Origin: Chiloscyllium plagiosum
Taxonomy: Eukaryota
Assembly (NCBI RefSeq): GCF_004010195.1
Contig: NC_057718.1
Location: forward strand, 42,568,902 to 42,632,901
DNA: 64,000 nt
Direction of reading: 5' to 3'
Shown: in pieces, positions 12,618 to 24,947 of the stretch
How positions within the stretch are numbered: position 1 is the stretch's first letter
Layout of the letters: each line of letters opens with the position of its first letter
Translations under genes and position numbers: made by a program
Notes under the pieces: model-generated
Told to the model about the DNA's origin: nothing
Seen by the model: the letters and a program-made list of their open reading frames with translations, nothing else
Database searches by the model: none

Positions 12618-13039
12618 AAAATCGATTGGAGAAGTTGGAACTGTTTTCCCTGGAGAGGAAAAATACCAGAATTAGTAAAGGCGTGGTTGATAATGAATTG
12701 ATTGGACATAATCAGCATGGATTTATGAATGGGAAATCATGTTTGATGAACTTGAAGTTTTTTTGAAGATGTGGAGTGTGACAGTGTGTGAGAGTTAGGT
12801 TAAATGGGAAGAAAGTTTTTCTTTTTTCTGTGCTGGCTTGTTTTCCTAACTACTTACACAGATCAGTGGCTACAGGAACAGGCCAAGACCTTGGAGATAC
12901 AAGATTACTACACCAGCGATGCGTAAAAGTTAGACAATAAGAGGAGACTAAACTTAAAGTAAAAGGAGTATCTTTAAGTAATTAGAAAAGTTAGCGAGTA
13001 AGACAAAGTAAGTTCAAGTTTAAATCACGGTAAGTGGGG

Positions 13040-14400
13040 TCAACCAAGTGATAGCGTGATCTCATATATGTGGGACGCCATAGACCCCATCAATGTACTA
13101 GATACCACGTATGCAGGAAGTGCTCCTAACTGTAACACCGTGTTTTTAAGTTCGAGCAATGGCCGGAGAAAATGTGGCACATCCACAAGTCTGAGTTATA
13201 TATATAGCATGTTTAGAAAGTTGGAGGAAAGAAGGGAATGGATATCCAGCAAGCAGTCAAAGAGAATCATGTAGATCATGCAAGAACCCCCTACAGTCCA
13301 GCTCGTAAATTGCTTTTATATTTTGGAAGCTGGTGAGGACGCTTGTTTCTTAAGGAACTGCAGACAGATCAAAGCTTATGGTGCCACAAGTTGCTGGACT
13401 GTATGTAGGGGAGGAAGAAGAAAGTCGGAGTGACAGCAATAGGGGAACCGACCAAACAGATAGGTATTTCTGCAGCTGCACATGTGACTCCAGGATGGTG
13501 TGTTCCTTCCCTGGTGCCAAGGTCAGGGATGTCACTGACCAGCAGTAGGGCATCCTGAAGGGAGAGGGTGATGACATAGGTTTTGGCACACATTGGGACC
13601 AGTGAGATAGATGCAATGAAGGATAAGGCTTGTCTCAAGAATTTAGAGAGCTAGACAGTAAATGAAAGAGCAGGACTTCATAGGTTGTAATCTTTGGATT
13701 ACTCCAATGCCACGTGTCCCAGTGCTATGCGCTAGTGAGTACAGCAATAAGAGAATAGGGTAGATAAATGCATGGCTCAAACGTTGCAGGAGGAAAATTT
13801 TAAATCACTGGATCCGTAGGTCCGTTTCTGTGCGGGTTAGACCTGTGCAAGCGGGATAATCTGCACCTGAACCAGAATGGGATCTTTCAGTGGGTTTGCG
13901 TATGTTGCTGGAGGGAATTTAAACTAGTTCAGCAGAAAAAGGGACACAGAGTATTAGTACAATAAGGACACAACGTATTTTAATAAAGTAACCATGGCAG
14001 AAGAAGCTCAGCCATGTTGAGCATCGGGAGTAAGGCGAAGCTGGCTGGCCTCGACCTTAACGATAGGAGTAAGATATGAGTTAAGGATATGGATTGACAC
14101 ATGGAATTGCAATGTTGTTGCCACCACAAGAGATGTGGATGAGGAAGGGTTAGGACTGGCAACTCCATATTCTAGGGTAAATATTCCTGCATTATGGGTG
14201 AGAGTGTAAAAGATGAGGTGATGTCACATTATTAGGTAAGGAAATATGATATCTTAGAAAGGTCAGCTAATAAGATTTTGTAGGCTGAGTTTAAGAATGA
14301 AAAGGGAGCAATCGCCCTGCTGGGAGTGTATTACAAACCCCCAAACAGTCAGCTGGGAATAGAGGAATAGACATATTGTCAATTCGACATTTGTTAGATG
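13040..14400 (+). mobile_element. Degraded CR1 5' half (ORF1 zinc-finger/SGNH esterase and start of the ORF2 endonuclease)
   Basis: tccaggatggtgtgttccttccctggtgccaaggtcagggatgtc (SRMVCSFPGAKVRDV) and ctgggagtgtattacaaacccccaaacagt (LGVYYKPPNS) parallel the element at 36.4-40.6 kb. Confidence 0.8.
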
Positions 14401-14584
14401 CTAGGATTCTGTGACCATTCTTTAAGTAGTATTTTGAATACTCTCCTGATGTGTTTTTTTGGGTACTGTACAAAAGCTGCTTTGTTTCCTTTTAATTTAT
14501 GAAGTGTTTTGGGATTAATGGGAATGTACTTTTACTTTGTGATCTTCAAATTTGTATATGTAGATGGCTTAATTTATTATGATT

Positions 14585-14917
14585 CGGAGATGCCGGTGTT
14601 GGACTGGGGTGTACAAAGTTAAAAATCACACAACACCAGGTTATAGTCCAACAGGTTTAGTTGGAAGCACACTAGCTTTCGGAGCGACGCTCCTTCATCA
14701 GGTGATTCTGTGTAACACAGAATTTATAGCAAACATTTACAGTGTGATGTAACTGAAATTATACATTGAAGAATTGTGAGAATACAGTGATAGTTTCACT
14801 TCTTTCATGTGTAAATCACAAAACCCTTTTTTTTAAAGTTGCATTCTCGGGTTAGCTGTTAACAGTGGTGATAGCTAGACAATGTGTTGAAGGTGTTAGC
14901 CCCCTGTGTTCTCTGTC
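14585..14917 (-). mobile_element. PLE pseudo-LTR fragment carrying an intact hammerhead core
   Basis: Same family as 16888-17022. ATGATT flanks both ends (14579-14584, 14918-14923). Confidence 0.75.
14667..14707 (-). ncRNA. Minimal type I hammerhead ribozyme motif
   Basis: Minus strand CAC-CUGAUGA-A-GGAGC(GUC)GCUCC-GAAA-GC-UA-GUG has the full core, a perfect stem II, a 3-bp stem I and a palindromic AGCU stem III. Confidence 0.8.
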
Positions 14918-16887
14918 ATGATTTTCATTCAGATGTCCAATGCAGACGCAAGAGATAAATGGCCTCCTTCTCCACCACATCATTTCTGTGATTCTGTAAA
15001 GAAATAGCAGGATTTAGGCACAATATTTTAAAACTTAGGGCTTGACAAATGAAACCACAGCCATCAATAGTAGAGGCCAGAGTAGTCTAGAACTGGAGGA
15101 GCACATAAATTTCAGGCAGGTTAATGTGCATTCCTAAGCTAAAGGTGGTGTGTGAAAAGAACGTAAGGTTTCAGCAATAGCATTTTGAGTTCCAATGAAT
15201 GGAAGATGGAAGGTAGCTGGTTGGCCTGGATGTGAAGGAATAATGCAGTCTAGAGGCAAAGTTTAGCATTTAAGCAGCACTGAACTGAAATAAGATTTGA
15301 TTTAGATGCTGTTACAATATTGGAAGGGGGGTGACCTTCATTACAGATTTACAGAAATATTTGCAGGTGTAAAATTACCAATCTACACTTTGGCAAAGAT
15401 CCTTTATCTTAAACAAGTGTATATAGCTTTTGGTATTCTAAACTAATGTAATTTGTCATGTCACTTACCTTGTATAATTGTAAAAGGGGCTCTGAGACAT
15501 ATTAGCATTGTCATGGAAGTGCAAAATGTGATTCCTATAGATTAGTAAATGTTTTCTGCCTCAATTTGAACAGGTTTACAGGTGAGTATCGCTGCTGAAG
15601 GTTTGGGTCACTTGTATGATAACTAATAATAAAATAATAATGTGATACCTTGTAAATGTGACATTTCAGTTTGGCTGAAGATTTTATTATTAATAATACC
15701 CACTTAAATATCTACATTATATTCTTAACTTTTTTAGCATTGCTGTATTGTTTATTTCAATAAGATAAAGCTTTATAAGTTGGCTAGTTCTTGAATCCAA
15801 TCAATTTATCATTTGTTAAATGGACAGAAATTTCTAAAAACTTAGCAAGAAATGTGATTATTTTTGCGTCAGGGGAGTGAGTAAAAGCAAATGCCATCTC
15901 AAAGTTGCCGAAGGATTATCACAGGTCATCTAGTCTCATAAGATAAAGGTGACTTTCAACAGAGCATTCATGAGTTTCTTTTCAAAACCAACGAAAGGGT
16001 AGATTTCAACTGAGCTTGTCTTTTCAAAAACTGTATTTTTCAGTCACTTCATTAGCCTCTGCATTCAAAGCCTCATTCAATACTCAGGTTCTGAATATTG
16101 TTGCAATGTCCTTTTAGCTGACAAAGATTATTTATTGCTTCAAATGCAACTTTCCATAGTTTGTGTCAACAAAGGGCTTTACAAATAGAACAGGCAAAGT
16201 AATACAGTGAAACAGTGTGCTATTGCACTAATCTCTTTCACACAAAGAATAGCCAGAGGGTGAGAGGAGAGGACATCTGGCGGATAAGGGTTCAGCATGA
16301 TGGGGCTGATAATGCGCCATCACTTTCCATTTAAAGTGAGCAGGAATAAGTTATCTAATTGTACTGGAATGTCTTTTACAGAGAAGCTAGAAGATGATGT
16401 AATGTTTGGAGTCATACTGCGCTCTTATATTTCTAGAGCAAAAAAAAATGAAAATTGTTCACTTGGGGTAAGACAAATGGCTTTAAATGAGGAAGCACAC
16501 CATGAATTGCAAATGGGCCTGAGTTAATTTGTTGCTACAGTAGTGTTGCCCTACTGCTAAATGAAGGTGGTGTAATTATCTAGCTGGCAGAGATAATGTC
16601 AGCACCTCATTCCTCCTTACACGCCTGGTTTTTACATGAGTGCTAATTGAGCTCCAAGGTGACAACGTGTTATATATTCTGATAGTAGGACTTTTATCCT
16701 TTGGCAAATAATGTTCACTTTTTAAGTATGTGGTCTCTATCACTTGTAGAGCATGCAAAGTAAAAATACAAGAACAAAGTGGTTATGTGTGCAAGTTAAC
16801 TTGCACATCTAATAAATCCCTCCCTTTTGGCATCAAGATTATCTTGACTCTAATAATTTTTCAGGTAGAAAAGACTCCGAGTTATAT

Positions 16888-17022
16888 TTTGATTTGGACG
16901 TGCCGGTCTTGACCTGGGGTGTACAAAGTAAAAATCTCACAACACACACAGGTTATAGTCCAATAGGTTTATTTGGAAGCACTAGTTTTCTGAGCGCTGC
17001 TCCTTCATCAGGCAGTTGTCCT
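16888..17022 (-). mobile_element. Short PLE pseudo-LTR fragment with an 8-bp TSD and a mutated hammerhead
   Basis: AGTTATAT is at 16880-16887 and 17023-17030. Minus strand reads CUGAUGAAGGAGCAGCGCUCAGAAAACUAG. Confidence 0.8.
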
Positions 17023-17124
17023 AGTTATATCAATAGTTTGCAAAACATGGTCTGTAATATCAATGTTTTGTCACTTTATTTTAAAAATGACACAAACTAA
17101 AACCTTTCACATCAATGCAAAATC

Positions 17125-17450
17125 CATTTCAGTTCAGTTGGCTAGACAGGTGTTTGATGGAAATGTGTTGCTGGAAAAGCGCAGCAGGTCAGGCAGCATC
17201 TAGGGAACAGGAGAATCGACGTTTCGGGCATTAGCCCTTCCTCAGACAGGTGTTTGCATTGCAGAGTGATGCCAACAGCCTGGGTTCAATTCCTGCACTG
17301 GCTGAGGTTACCATGAAGGACTCTCCTACTTAACCTTTCTCCTTACCTAGGCATGGTGACCCTTTACGCTAAACCACCACCAATTATCTCAGTCTAATGA
17401 GAAAGAAAAAACCCAGTGATCTTGTAGGACTATGGCAGCTTTACATTTAT
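17125..17450 (+). mobile_element. tRNA-derived SINE interrupted by an 87-nt PLE fragment
   Basis: A-box-like agttcagttgg and B-box ggttcaattcc; the body ends in gactatggcagctttacattta. Confidence 0.65.
17157..17243 (-). mobile_element. 87-nt PLE 3'-terminal insertion (hammerhead plus tail) with a 13-bp TSD
   Basis: AGACAGGTGTTTG is at 17144-17156 and 17244-17256. The insert matches 2725-2800. Confidence 0.9.
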
Positions 17451-18239
17451 TGACAATTACAAACAATTCAATCTAGACATCGGGTCTCGATATCACCATC
17501 ACATAGATTACCTAACATAGATATTATTTCAGTTTAATTATTTACAAAGAAACAAGTTCACACATGTTTGTAAAATAATGAGATATTTAAAGTGTTGATT
17601 CAATCTCCAATTAAAATGGTTTTAAAGTCAACCAGATGTTTAAAAACAGGGACATAGTTTATATCTAGTTCTTCTAACAAATTGCTTTTTTTTCAAAGGA
17701 GTTGACTCAATATGCAGGCTACTTTTGGATAAGTCTCGGTACACAGTTTTGAGATATCTGACAAGTTAGTTATTGGTTAGTGAATTGGCATTCTACTGTA
17801 GCAAAATACAAACATTTTGTATTAAAAAAAAGCATTGCAAGTGAAAATTGGGAAGAGAATGTTCCATTAAAAAAAAATAAGATTTTTTGCTAAAACCCAA
17901 ATTAACGAATCTCTCTAGTTTTAATGAGATGCAAATAGAATTTCTGTGTTCAACAAGGTTGTGTTGCCCGGACATTGGAGAAGAGAAGTTAAGCAGTTTT
18001 GATGCTGTATAAACCGATTACTATAAGTTTTCTTCATTTTGTGCATTATACAATGAATTTCAGTGTTTTGACAAGAGTGAAAAGATTTCTCTACCTGATC
18101 AGAAAATGGATATAAAATTTAGGGTTAAGATTGAATTGGGGAAATGACAACAGAACTACAAGAAATACTACATATGGGGAGAGAGTGAAAATAGGCAATG
18201 TACATCATGCAAGTTTATATTTCATGCATGAAATATAAT

Positions 18240-19440
18240 AGAATTATACAATGGTTGCAGTCTTGATGAGGTCATTTGTATCTATGCCAGCTCTCTGCAC
18301 GTGTAATTCAACTTGTCCCACTCTTACAACCTTTCAGTGTACCTTGAAAATTTTTTGCTCCAGGTATTTATCCAGTCCCTTTTTGAAAGCTCAGTTATAT
18401 CTACCTCTACTATAAGCTGAGAGAGTGTATTGTAGAACCGAAGCAATTATTGTATTGAAAAAGGTTGACAATTTTTCTTTTGCCAATTATCTTAAATAGG
18501 TGTCCTTTCATTTTTGATCTTCTGTTCTCCAAAGGGAACAACTCCAACATTCCTTAAATTAAAGTTCCTCATCCTTAAAATCAGTTGTGTGAATCTTTCC
18601 CTATTTAAAGCTCTCACATGCCTCCTACAGTGAGTTGCCTCAAATTGGACACAATACTCCAGTTGAGATTAAACTAATGTTTATTAAGATTCATCATAGC
18701 TTGGCTGCTTTTGTATGCTATGCTTCTGTTTGTAAAATCTATCGCCTGTATGCCTTTCCAACCACTTTCTTGAAGTCCCTCACTACCTTTAGTGATTTCT
18801 GCAAATATACCCTAGGCCTCCCTGTTACTGCATTGCCTGTAGAATTGTGCTCCTTTCTCATAAGCTGTCTCATCACTCTTCCTAACACATATGTCACTTC
18901 ACACTTCTCTGCATTAGATTTCATCTGCCATTTGCCTGCCAATTTCACCAACCTGTCATTATGAAATCTTATTGTCTTCCTCACAGTTCACAATATTTTC
19001 AAGTTCTATGTCATTAGCAAATTATAAAATTATGTCCTGCACAATTAAATCTAGACCACTAGTACAGTATATATCAAGAAAAGTAGTGGTTCTGATATCA
19101 ACCTCTGTGAATCTCACTATACCTTCCTACATTCCCAAAATGAACCATTAACATGAACTCTGTTTCCTAACACTCAACTAACTCCATATCCGTGCTGCCA
19201 CTATCCTACTTTTATTCTAAGGCCTTTAACTCTGTTGACACGCTTATTAAAAGTGACATTTTACCAGATGCCTTCTGGAAGCCCATATTCTCAACATCAA
19301 CTCTATTACTGCCGTCAATCCTCTTTGTTACCTGATCAAGGGAAATCAATCAAGTTAATCAAACACTATTTGCCTTTAACAAAGCTGGATGGCTTTTGTC
19401 TAACTAAACAAAACTTGTCCAAGTAATAGTTAATTCTGTC
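18240..19440 (-). mobile_element. Old degraded CR1 ORF2 and 3' UTR
   Basis: Minus-strand ORF 18739-18984 has DRLVKLAGKWQMKSNAEKCEV (cf. WQMQFNVDKC). Confidence 0.8.
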
Positions 19441-21822
19441 TTTTACCCTTTAAAAATGTGTTCCTTGGATGTTGGCATCACTTGCTGGGCTAGCATTTAT
19501 TGCCCATTCCTAGTTGCCCTTGAGAAGGTAGTCTTGAACAGGATTTTTGAATTGCTGCTGAGAATATGAATTGACAGTGTCTAAGACCAATTATTTACTA
19601 CGTCCCCACACACATCCATATTCCTTCACTTAAGACCAAGGCCTGACCATTCAACCATCATCCAATGATTACTTCTGCCATCTTGCATGAGGTGTAGCAG
19701 TTCAATTTTCAGCAAACTTACTTCTGGTGTATGGAAATGAAGCTCAGGGCCCAACATCAAGTGACAACTTATTTAAAAATGAATATGTCATATTTAGATA
19801 TATCTTTGTTATTGAGTTACTATTAAAATATTCTCTCTCTTGCGCAGAAGGTCACCTATCCATGTTGCACTTTACTTAGCTGCATGGTTAATACTGTAAT
19901 CTCACCATCTGAGGAATTCCAGAAATAGATTTTCCTGCTATTCATTCTATAGTATAGTCAGTTCAGTAAACCAAAGTAAATCCCTATTAAAGGTATTAGT
20001 TTCACTATATAGGCACAATTTTCTATCTATAAACTATGAGTGGATATTAAATTTAGTCCTACATTAAAGTAAATTTCCACTGTACATCTAAGCATAAGAA
20101 TCTGGCATATTCAACCGAATGCTTCAACAAGGAATCTGTAAAAGTGCAACCTTAGATAATAATTAAATGTAAGTACTCCTGGGCCTAATTTAAGCAAATA
20201 AATGTGTTTTAAAACACAATCTGTATAAAATTGTATGGGTGATGTTGAAAACTATGTGAAATGCAATACCTGAGTTTCTAAGCTCTTATAACTATAAAAC
20301 GATCATTTCCTGTTAGCTCCCAGCTTTAACAAGAGAATGTTAACATTTTTGAAGGCTATTGATTAAAGAATGTGCTGCCTGAAGTTATAGAAACAATTCT
20401 TTTCTTAAGTTTCTAGTTAACCCTCGGTTACATGCAGTTTTTTTTAATTGATGACCTTCAGGCAAGCTTCACCTCCTTCAGAATCTTAATTTTCTTTAGC
20501 AAATGACCTGATTCAAATCTCTGAGCCAATCATTCTTTTTTTTATTACCTTCCTCTGGTACTATAGGCAGGATTTCGCTAGAATGGCTCTTTTGTAATGT
20601 ACAGGTTAAAGATTTTTATCTTGCTAGACAATTCATACACTATAATTACTGTGGGACCAAATGAAAGATTCTTGCTTTCGTGTCATAATATGATTTTCTT
20701 AACTTTAATAATTGAACATCTTCCTTTTTCAGTCCAAGTAACAAATTAAGTTACAAAACTGAATCTTGCATCAGAACTAGATTGTATTATGTACCTGAAT
20801 CTCTACCTTTTAAAATTATTGGTTTTGTGGAATGAAACTATTCTACAAAGCAGCAATTATGCATATGTTTAAACACAAATAGTTTGATGATATACTTTTA
20901 CAGTTTAATTGTTCTCATTCATTTTATCTAATTTTCATATTATTCAATAATTTAATGGACAAAATTAGTTTTCAATTTGAGCTGAACATGATTACTTATG
21001 TTTTCATAAATAGAAACATAAACCATATATGTTAATTGCTGGCTACACAAATTGTAGTTTGAAAATAATCAGTAAAAATGAGATGGAAGGATGAAAAGAT
21101 CTGTTGAATTCGAATTATCTGCAAACCTTTGTCATTTTTCAGTTTCAGTTAAAAGCTCAATTGATCTTGATTTTCAAAATTCAGGAAATTATTTGTAGTC
21201 TACTGGTTACAAGACTTAAATATTTACATTGTCACAACAGTGTTGCAAGTTTAAATTAAATGTGTATTAGGTTTGCGTAGTCTTCCACCAGCCTAAATAA
21301 TCTAAAACGTAACTATTTCAGTACACTGATGTCTCACGTTCATCCCCAGCTGAATATTTATGCAGTTATCCGAACAGCAGTTTGGTGATTTGACAGTTCA
21401 TATATGCCAATAGAGGATGTTTGGAGTGAGAAATAGTAAAAGTGACAAGAGATTTGGAAAGAAAGGCAGGTTTAAAATAAAGCAAGAAAGAGTTCAAAGT
21501 TTTTAAAAAAACAGTTTGTAAGATTAGTAGGAAGGAGAAATTTTAAGAAAATTATCTTATAAAAGGTTTAAAAATTTGCTGTTTAGTAAATTTTGTAAAT
21601 TGTGATCAATGCATCCAATAATAGTTCAAGAAATAAATCTGCAATTTTTCTTTAAAAAATGAAATTTTTGCATTTGTGACTAACAGAATATCCATGACAA
21701 AAATACTTTGGGCATTTATGGAAGTGTATAAATTTATTTTTAATAATCTAGTGTTGTTACTAAAGTTATGAAATGCATTAAAATAGTACTTAAATTATCC
21801 AAAGATGATTCTTAAATGTTCT

Positions 21823-22114
21823 AGATTAGATTAGATTCCCTACAGTGTGTAAACAGGCCCTCCGAAGAGTAACCCACCCAGACCCATTTCCCTCTGACTA
21901 ATATACCTAACACTATGGGCAATTTAACATGGCCAGTTCACCTGACCTGCACATCTTTGGACTGTGGAAGGAAACCGGAGCACCCGGAGGAAATCCACGC
22001 TGACACGGGGAGAATGTGCAAAAATCCACACAGACAGACTTCTGAGGCTGGAACCGAACCTGGGACCCTGGTGCTGTGAGGCAGCAGTTATAACTGCTGT
22101 ATCATCATGCCACC
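21823..22114 (-). mobile_element. HE1-like SINE
   Basis: agattagattagattccctacagtgtg...gaacctgggaccctggtgctgtgaggcagcag. Confidence 0.9.
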
Positions 22115-24947
22115 AGGCTTGTGATATTTTTGCTCTGATAAAGGATTAGGTAATGGGCAATGTCAAATTTGTTTCTTTCCCCTAAAAAAATTGGAATTCA
22201 ATTGCTTAGTGCATTTAGTTGAAAGAATCCACGGTCAATGTTTGTAATTTAAATTCCTGCTATGTGAAATGGCCGTAGGACACTTTACATCATTAAAGGT
22301 GCTATACAAATGCTAATAGTTGTCTTGTTGCTTCAAACATCAGTTACAGAAATGTGGCAATCCTGCAGTGTGCATTCTTCTCTGTATGGAGAAGGAACTG
22401 AAGAACCATGTATAGTATAAAGGAAGGTTACATTTTGCTCATAAAACAAAACGCAAATAATAAAGCTAAACAAAATGTTTATTTCATATTAAATAATTAA
22501 CTAAATGGTCTACAGTTTTAACAATGAGATTTGTTTATTTCTTATATTCTTTGGTTCTGGAAAATTAATGAAGTTGCCAACTAACTATCGCTAAATATCC
22601 GTGTACTTTTCACATGTGCTGCATCCAGTCTTTAAAATGTAGTGGGCTCTTGTGTTTTGAGGGCAGAGCTCATTCTGTGGGCCCAAGTGAGTTTGTGCAA
22701 TAAGCATTAGGCCATTTGAGTTGCCAAGAAAGACCTCGAGTGGATTGTCACACATGAAAAGGGACAAGGAAATGTGCAAATTATCATCTTTCACCTTCCT
22801 TCAGCTAGTAAATCAATTTCCTCATTGATTATCAACCATCGCTGACAAATCGATACTACGCCACTTTAAGCTGGTGCAAAAGGCATTACTAATAAATGTC
22901 ATTCAAAATTGAGTAAAGTAACCTCATCAAATCCACCTATCTCTGGTCCTTCTGTTCATGACAACATTAATAGGAGTGATAGCTATGTATTTTGAAATTG
23001 GACCATGAACAAAACCTACCTAAATCAGTCCAGTTTTGCCTTAATGGAGCTGGAACAAGGGTTGGGCAACTAATCCACTTACAGGGAACAGGTCATTTAA
23101 TATTGCAATGAGGTTATGTGCCTTCATTTTAACAGTCATTGTATTTTAAAGCACTGGTGGCTGTGTTTCCCAGACATTGGGAAATCCTACAACTTAGAAG
23201 AAGCAAGAAGGGTTGCATACATTTTTTTATATTTACATGTTGCTTTTTTAAAGCTGAGTTAACCACCCAGTAAACAATACCCAATGTCCTCCCACTCCCA
23301 CATACCTTCCATCTAAAGATTCCGAAGATTTCCTCTCCAAACACCATGTAACCCTGCTCATATAATCCAGTCCTTCCAGATTAACATTGAAGAACCATGG
23401 TTGGGACCCCACCACCAAGGACACCCCCAATAACTCATTATCTCACCTATCTCATTCCCCCGTTCATTTACATTTACCTGCAAGATTAGGCCTTGTGAAA
23501 CTGACTTCCTACCTGAAAGAATTCAAGGCAGGAATCCCACAGAGAGAAGAATTATATCAGTTCTACAGTTAAACTCTGTAGGACGGAACAGTTCTCGTTC
23601 TCCTCCTCAATGCAGACACTTAGGACTCGACTCGAGCCTTTCTAAAGAGATGATAAACTGAGGTAGATTTGCCCTTTCAGTTGCCTGTGAAAGTTCTTGA
23701 AAAAGAAAAAGATCAAGAATGTCTTCTAGTGTACTGGCTAAGAGTTGTACATGATTTATTACATCTAAAATGAATTATTTGGTAATTTTCTTCATGTTAT
23801 TTGTTTGGTTTTGCACAGTGACTTCTGTATTTATTGCAGTAGCAACTATATTTCAAAACTGCTTCACTACCAGCAGTTTTAAAACGCTAAGGTTCCTAAG
23901 ATTGTGAAGTATACATTTAAAGATATGTTCTTTCTATTGGTAGTATAGAGGATTTCTTTTTGTAAAAAGTAATCGTGTATATAATAATATAAACCACAAA
24001 TATTGGGACTCTTCTGAGAGATAAATTATTATTATCCTGTTGTGCAAGTCAGTTTCATAATTCTTGTGAAGATCCTAAAGATCCATTGATGGCTTGAACA
24101 TGGATACACTTGGTACACTAGATCCATGTTTGAATAACGCTGGGCAATTAAAGGAAGACTGTATTTACAGTAAACCAGAAATAAGCGACAGAATTAATTC
24201 TAAAATTCAAATATTGTAATTCATTCATTTTCATTAAAGTTTCAGATATAAACCTATAGAATGATTTTTTTTGCTGTTTGAACAGAGTTAGGTGAGACAA
24301 GATGAAGTGCATAATGGAGTCATTGTATCACCTGCACATTTTGCCTTTATACTTGAATTAATTACAGAAATATATTTGAGTGAAAATATCAACTACTAGC
24401 ACTGTTTCTGTTTGTTGTTACCAAATTCAACAAAAATAAAGTTCATTTATTAAGCTGCTTTGCACTTAAGCTTCACATGAAAACATAATTTCTTTCTTGG
24501 AAGGAAATTCAAATCACAATAGTGCTACCAGGACCCGAGACTCTCATGCTTGCAAATCCCCACAATCCCCTGCTGAATGTTGCCAAAAGCAAGGTTTCCC
24601 TTCAGTGTGCTTTTAGATACGAAAGCATACCCCACTATTCAAACTCCTCCTTACTTTAAGCAAAATATTTTCATATATGTAATGACAAGTTTATTTAAAA
24701 TTAGATTTGATTGTCAAAATTACATATTCAAAATGATGTAAGCAATCTGGCTCAAAATGCTAAAATATAAAAGTTCCTTAGAAACTATTGAAATTGCTCT
24801 CTTTTCCTCAACTTGACAACTGCACAAGAAGAAATACAATGTACAACATAACTAATGTATAAAAACATTTAAAAATGCAGAAAAAAAATAACTATTCAAC
24901 AACTGTCAGCAGTGTATTTAAACTGACAAATCCAATCTGTTTCAAAT

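Noticed and set aside
15469..15622. Minus-strand exon-like segment (ttattattag acceptor, AAG|gtaagtga donor)
   Set aside because: All three frames contain stops, so it is not an internal coding exon. A non-coding exon cannot be supported from sequence alone.
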